11,499 nt of DNA from Granulicella sp. (GTDB lineage Bacteria; Acidobacteriota; Terriglobia; Terriglobales; Acidobacteriaceae), in the NCBI GenBank assembly GCA_027339965.1, contig DAHWNL010000068.1, positions 1-11,499 of the forward strand, read 5' to 3'. How positions within the stretch are numbered: position 1 is the first letter of the stretch; the number at the start of each line of letters is the position of its first letter. The translations under genes and the position numbers were made by a program. Below, piece by piece: positions 7,685 through 11,499 of this stretch. The notes under the pieces were generated by a model. The model did not search any database, was not told the DNA's origin, and worked only from the letters and a program-made list of their open reading frames with translations.

Positions 7685-7834
7685 ATGCGCGTCCTATTCT
7701 GCATCTCGACGGCGGCTTTGGTTGCGCTCCTCTGGGCCTCAATCGCAATCGCGCGGCATATCTGGCAGGCGCGAAGAAGCCAGTTCCGTCAGTTGCAAGG
7801 CGAAGCAACGGTAAAGACACAAGGAAGAATTTAG
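7685..7834 (+). CDS. Small 49-aa single-TM membrane protein, absent from the ORF track
   Basis: Hand translation gives MRVLFCISTAALVALLWASIAIARHIWQARRSQFRQLQGEATVKTQGRI*: a ~20-residue hydrophobic helix followed by an Arg-rich segment, with a promoter-like element immediately upstream. Confidence 0.6.
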   Translation: MRVLFCISTAALVALLWASIAIARHIWQARRSQFRQLQGEATVKTQGRI

Positions 7835-8195
7835 ATTCGCCCCCAACGGCCAGAGAGCCAATCATCCGGCCACGCGCGAGTGTGAATCTCGCGACCGAAC
7901 CAAAACTCGAAAGACGAGGACCAGGAAATTGGAGATCAGGATGCCAACCATCACCCCTTGCCACTCCATGGAAAGAAGCTGAAAGGCGTCTCCGCAGCTC
8001 GCTCCGGCGCTTCCGGCTCACCATTGGCTTGAGACCTCGATACGCCGCAGTCTACCGGCTCCGGCATCGCCCTCCGCGGAAGTTGACCGATCATCCTGCC
8101 AACGCGCCTTGGGCGCCTGGCACAAGCTGCGAGGAAGACAACAGCAGGATCTGAATCAGCACCAAAACAGTCTTTGCAAAGCAATTGGGACCGAC

Positions 8196-9050
8196 ATGAC
8201 GACTGCAACATCAGAAGTACGCGAGATCAAAATAGCCCACAGCCCCGACTCTGACGACGCTTTCATGTTTTACGGCCTGGCGACCAACAAGGTTCGGGTG
8301 CCGGGTTACAAGTTCACTCATACCCTTACTGACATTGAGACCCTCAATCGCCGCGCCATCGACGATCAGCACTATGATGTTACGGCCATCAGCTTCCACG
8401 CCTATCCCTACATTCAGGAAAACTACACCCTCATGGCCTGCGGCGGCTCCGTAGGTGAGAACTATGGGCCGATGATCGTGGCCGCCAGGAACTACACGCT
8501 GGCTGAGATGAAGAAGCTTAGGATTGCCGTTCCGGGCACGCTGACCACCGCCTACCTGACTCTGAAGCTCTTCGCTCCTGAAGTGGAGACGGCTACGCTG
8601 AGCTTTGACAAGATCATTCCCGCGGTGCTCTCGGGAGAGTACGACGCCGGGCTCATCATCCACGAGGGCCAACTTACCTATAGCCGCGACGGCCTCACCA
8701 AGATCCTTGATCTGGGCGTTTGGTGGCGGCAGCAGACATCCCTTCCTTTGCCCCTGGGAGGAAACGCCATTCGCCGCTCCCTGGGCCCCAAGGTGCAGTC
8801 CGTTACCACCAAAGCCCTGCGCGAAAGTATCCAGCATGCGCTGGACCATCGCGATGCGGCCCTGGAGTACGCCATGCAGTTTGCCCGCGACCTGGACACC
8901 TCGCTGGCCAACCGCTTTGTGGGCATGTACGTCAACGAGCGCACCTTAAACTACGGAGACGACGGCCGCGAAGCCATTCGGCGCCTGCTGGATATGGGCT
9001 ACGAGCGCGGGGTCATACCGCACCGGGCCCATGTGGACTTCGTAGGCTAG
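8196..9050 (+). CDS. mqnD: 1,4-dihydroxy-6-naphthoate synthase MqnD (MqnA/MqnD/SBP family; futalosine menaquinone pathway), 284 aa
   Basis: AHSPDSDDAFMFYGL, DIETLN, IAVPGTLTTAYL, GLIIHEGQLTY, LPLPLGGN and FVGMYVN motifs. ATG 8196 is preceded by GGGA; the track's start at 8109 adds a non-conserved-looking extension. Confidence 0.82.
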   Translation: MTTATSEVREIKIAHSPDSDDAFMFYGLATNKVRVPGYKFTHTLTDIETLNRRAIDDQHYDVTAISFHAYPYIQENYTLMACGGSVGENYGPMIVAARNYTLAEMKKLRIAVPGTLTTAYLTLKLFAPEVETATLSFDKIIPAVLSGEYDAGLIIHEGQLTYSRDGLTKILDLGVWWRQQTSLPLPLGGNAIRRSLGPKVQSVTTKALRESIQHALDHRDAALEYAMQFARDLDTSLANRFVGMYVNERTLNYGDDGREAIRRLLDMGYERGVIPHRAHVDFVG

Positions 9051-9220
9051 GGCTCACCTTAGGCCAACGGCTCTGGCCATCGGATCCAAGGGGCTTTCCA
9101 GAGGCGCCTTCCAGATCCATCTCATCTCTGCCACTCCGCGCTTCCACCCTCCGCAGACCGATTGTTCCGATCGGTACACTGCGCAGGTCGGGGTCTCGCA
9201 TGCGGCCCTTCCTCTAGCCC

Positions 9221-9276
9221 TTGCTCTTCCTCGTTGTGCTCCTCCTCGTTGCTCCTCCTTGTGCTCCCTCCTCCTC
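9221..9276. repeat. Degenerate pyrimidine-rich tandem repeat (4 units of 12-17 nt)
   Basis: TTGCTCTTCCTC / GTTGTGCTCCTCCTC / GTTGCTCCTCCT / TGTGCTCCCTCCTCCTC, with no A on the + strand across the 56 nt. Confidence 0.6.
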
Positions 9277-9639
9277 AGGGCGCAACGACAAGGCTTCCCT
9301 GATCGGCTGCGCCCGCCGCACTTTCCGGCTGCGGCTGCTCCAGGAAGTTGGCCGGCTGAAATGGCACTTTAGGCGCCCTTCTGCGCTGCAAGGGTCCTCC
9401 CCCCATCGACTTGCATCCCGCCCGCCCCGGCAATCCCCGAGGATGCGGCCTTCGTGAAGCACAGTCGGTCGTTGACCGCCAGCTCGGCAGCCCGGCCAAA
9501 TCCAAACACCGGCTTTGGAAGACCCTTGAGAGAAGCCTCAAGTACGCGGGTAAACATCTCTTTATCTAGAACATCCGCCGGATTGAGACCGATCCGTTTC
9601 GACCCCTCCGCGGCTCATCGGCAGTGGCAGAACCGGCCG

Positions 9640-9694
9640 CTTGACAATCGTTTTCGCAAGATGCTAGTTTTTGTTGCGCAATCAATTTCGCAAG
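9640..9694. promoter_or_regulatory. Pair of operator-like sites overlapping the promoter (LacI-family-like)
   Basis: CAATCGTTTTCGCAAG (9645-9660) and CAATCAATTTCGCAAG (9679-9694) are 14/16 identical. The second lies within the imperfect palindrome TTGCGCAATCAATTTCGCAA (9674-9693). Confidence 0.55.
9641..9670 (+). promoter_or_regulatory. Sigma70-type promoter for the TonB-dependent receptor gene
   Basis: Perfect -35 TTGACA (9641-9646), 18-nt spacer, and extended -10 TG-C-TAGTTT (9662-9670). Confidence 0.7.
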
Positions 9695-9770
9695 CCGGGT
9701 CGGCTGATGGGCTAACCAAGTACGGCACCATCCAATGAGCCGGCACCGATTGTCGACAATGAAAGTTTTC

Positions 9771-9776
9771 AGGAGG
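9771..9776 (+). promoter_or_regulatory. Shine-Dalgarno sequence
   Basis: AGGAGG followed by TTTT and ATG 9781. Confidence 0.75.
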
Positions 9777-9780
9777 TTTT

Positions 9781-11499
9781 ATGCCATCCAAGCATGCAGT
9801 CTGCCGTTCACCGCTCCCGCGTGGAATGACGGCCAGTTCCTTTAAGGCGACGAGAGGACTCTTGACCCGAACCGTATGGCTCCTTTTCCTAGCGCTTTTC
9901 TTTCCCATTCTGTCGCGCGCCCAGTTCAATGCCTCCATCCAGGGCACGGTGTCGGACCCCACCGGTGCGCTGGTTCCAGGAGCAACCGTCACGTTGACCG
10001 ACAACACCACCAATCACCAGCAGACCGCGGTGACCTCCTCTGCCGGCATCTACACCTTCAACTCTCTCCCGCCCAATCAGTTCACCCTCACCATCTCCGC
10101 GCCCGGCTTCCAAAAGAAGACATTGACCCATATTCAGATTCTCCCGGAGCAGGCCCAACGCGCTCAACGTTCAGCTTGCGCTGGGCACGACCTCGCAAGC
10201 CGTCACCGTCAATGCCTCCCATGCCGGGCGTCTTGACACTGAGACCGCTACCCTCAGCACCACCATTAACAGCAATGAGATTCAACACATGCCCTCATTC
10301 AACCGCGACGTCTTCCAGCTTCTGCAACTGACGCCCGGAACCTTTGGCGACGCATCTCAGGCGAGCGGAGGAGGCACCAACAACCTTCCCGGCACCATGG
10401 GCCCGGGAGGATCCTCCAACGGCGCAGCCGGCATCTTCCAGACCGAGAACGGGCCGCAGATCAATACCGTCGGCGGGCAGTATGAGACCAACGGCATTTC
10501 GATCGACGGCATCAGCACCGTCAGCGCCGTTTGGGGCGGAACCTCCGTCATCACCCCAAGCGAAGATTCGGTCCAGGATGTAACCGTGGTGGCCAACAGC
10601 TACGATGCGGAAAACGGACGCTTCTCTGGAGCCCAGGTGGAAGTAACCACCAAGGCAGGCACCAACCAGGTGCATGGAAGCGCCTTCTTCAAGGCGTCGC
10701 GGCCCGGGCTGAACGCCTACCAGCGTTGGAACGGCTACGTACCCGGAGTCACCAGCACCAGTACAGCCGCCTTCAAAGGCGTCAACAGAGATGATGAACG
10801 CACCAACAACTTCGGCGGCAGCATCGGCGGGCCCTTCTGGAAGAACCGGGTCTTCGCGTTCTTCAACGTGGAAGCAAGCCCGGAAGCTGCCTTGACGACC
10901 TCACAGGGATGGTATGACACGTCCCAGTTTGACGCACTCTCCCTTCCGTCCGGCGACATTGCCACAACGTACCTTACCTATCCCGGAGCGGCCGTTTCGA
11001 CCAACGGCTTGATTCCTGAAGCCTGCGAAGACATCGGCCTTGTGCAAGGCGTCAACTGCCAGCAGGAAACCGGCGGCCTCGACGTAGGATCTCCTCTCAA
11101 GAACGGCCTGGGCATGCAGGATCCCACCTATGGCGGCAGCTCCAGCACGCCTGGCGTCGGCAACGGCCTGGATGGCATACCTGACATCGGCTACTACAAC
11201 GCGATCGACCCAAGCACCACCTCCCAGGCGCAGTACAACGGTCGGCTTGACGTCTATGCCACCCAGAAAGACCATGCCTTCTTCACCATCTACTGGGTAC
11301 CGGTATCGAGCACCTTCTACAACGGTCCCGTCCGGGCGATGAACCTCTGGCATCACGCCCAGGTCAACGATGCGTTTTCCGGCATCTGGAACCATCTGTT
11401 CTCCTCGACCCTCGTGAACCAGGCCAGGGCCAACGCCGGCGGCTGGCGTTGGAATGAAGTGTCAACCAACCCCCAGGAGCCCTTCGGCTTGCCACAAGA
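9781..11499 (+). CDS. Carboxypeptidase-regulatory-like domain / TonB-dependent (Oar-like) outer-membrane receptor, 5' partial, with a 1-nt frameshift near 10152-10156
   Basis: First frame: signal peptide (…VWLLFLALFFPILSRA/QF) and ASIQGTVSDPTGALVPGATVTLT…GIYTFNSLPPNQFTLTISAPGF. From 10157 the next frame continues NALNVQLALGTTSQAVTVNA…MPSFNRDVFQLLQLTPG…NGISIDGIST…YDAENGRFSGAQVEVTTKAGTNQVHGS…NNFGGSIGGPFWKNRVFAFF and appears open to the window end. Confidence 0.85.

Noticed and set aside
7600..8195. RNase P RNA, tmRNA or a SAM riboswitch upstream of mqnD
   Set aside because: No GAGGAAAGTCC-type P4 motif, no tmRNA acceptor ends or …ALAA-type tag, and no SAM-I core seen by eye.
8109..8195. N-terminal extension of MqnD from the track start at 8109
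   Set aside because: It uses a TTG start and gives a low-complexity Gln-rich extension. ATG 8196 has an upstream GGGA and sits just before the conserved domain.
9051..9780. Cobalamin or TPP riboswitch ahead of the TonB-dependent receptor
   Set aside because: No B12-box or TPP core on the + strand, and the promoter leaves only about 105 nt of leader, partly occupied by operator-like sites.
9781..10236. Stand-alone 151-aa secreted protein
   Set aside because: Its last ~26 residues are out-of-frame sequence. The receptor continues in the next frame from 10157, so this is one frameshifted gene.

Overview
GC-rich bacterial chromosomal window. Gene content and protein style suggest Acidobacteriota (Terriglobia-like); this is an inference. 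Left to right it contains: the 3' tip of a + strand gene and a REP-like repeat/hairpin spacer; a translationally coupled minus-strand operon (Zn-dependent dehydrogenase, hpnC, hpnD, hpnE; squalene synthesis, no shc in the window); a divergent mlaE-mlaF-like ABC permease/ATPase pair whose ATPase has Ser in place of the Walker B Glu; a convergent ftsB/divIC-like gene; an unlisted 49-aa single-TM small ORF behind an extended -10 promoter; mqnD (futalosine menaquinone pathway); a ~730-bp intergenic region ending in a sigma70 promoter with paired operator-like sites; and the 5' part of a carboxypeptidase-regulatory-like domain/TonB-dependent receptor gene carrying a 1-nt frameshift near 10152-10156. 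The window is mostly housekeeping envelope and isoprenoid genes. I could not establish a wholly new system from sequence alone. The best leads are the small membrane protein, the degenerate MlaF beside the hpn operon, the dehydrogenase coupled to hpnCDE, the frameshifted receptor with its operators, and two structured intergenic segments.
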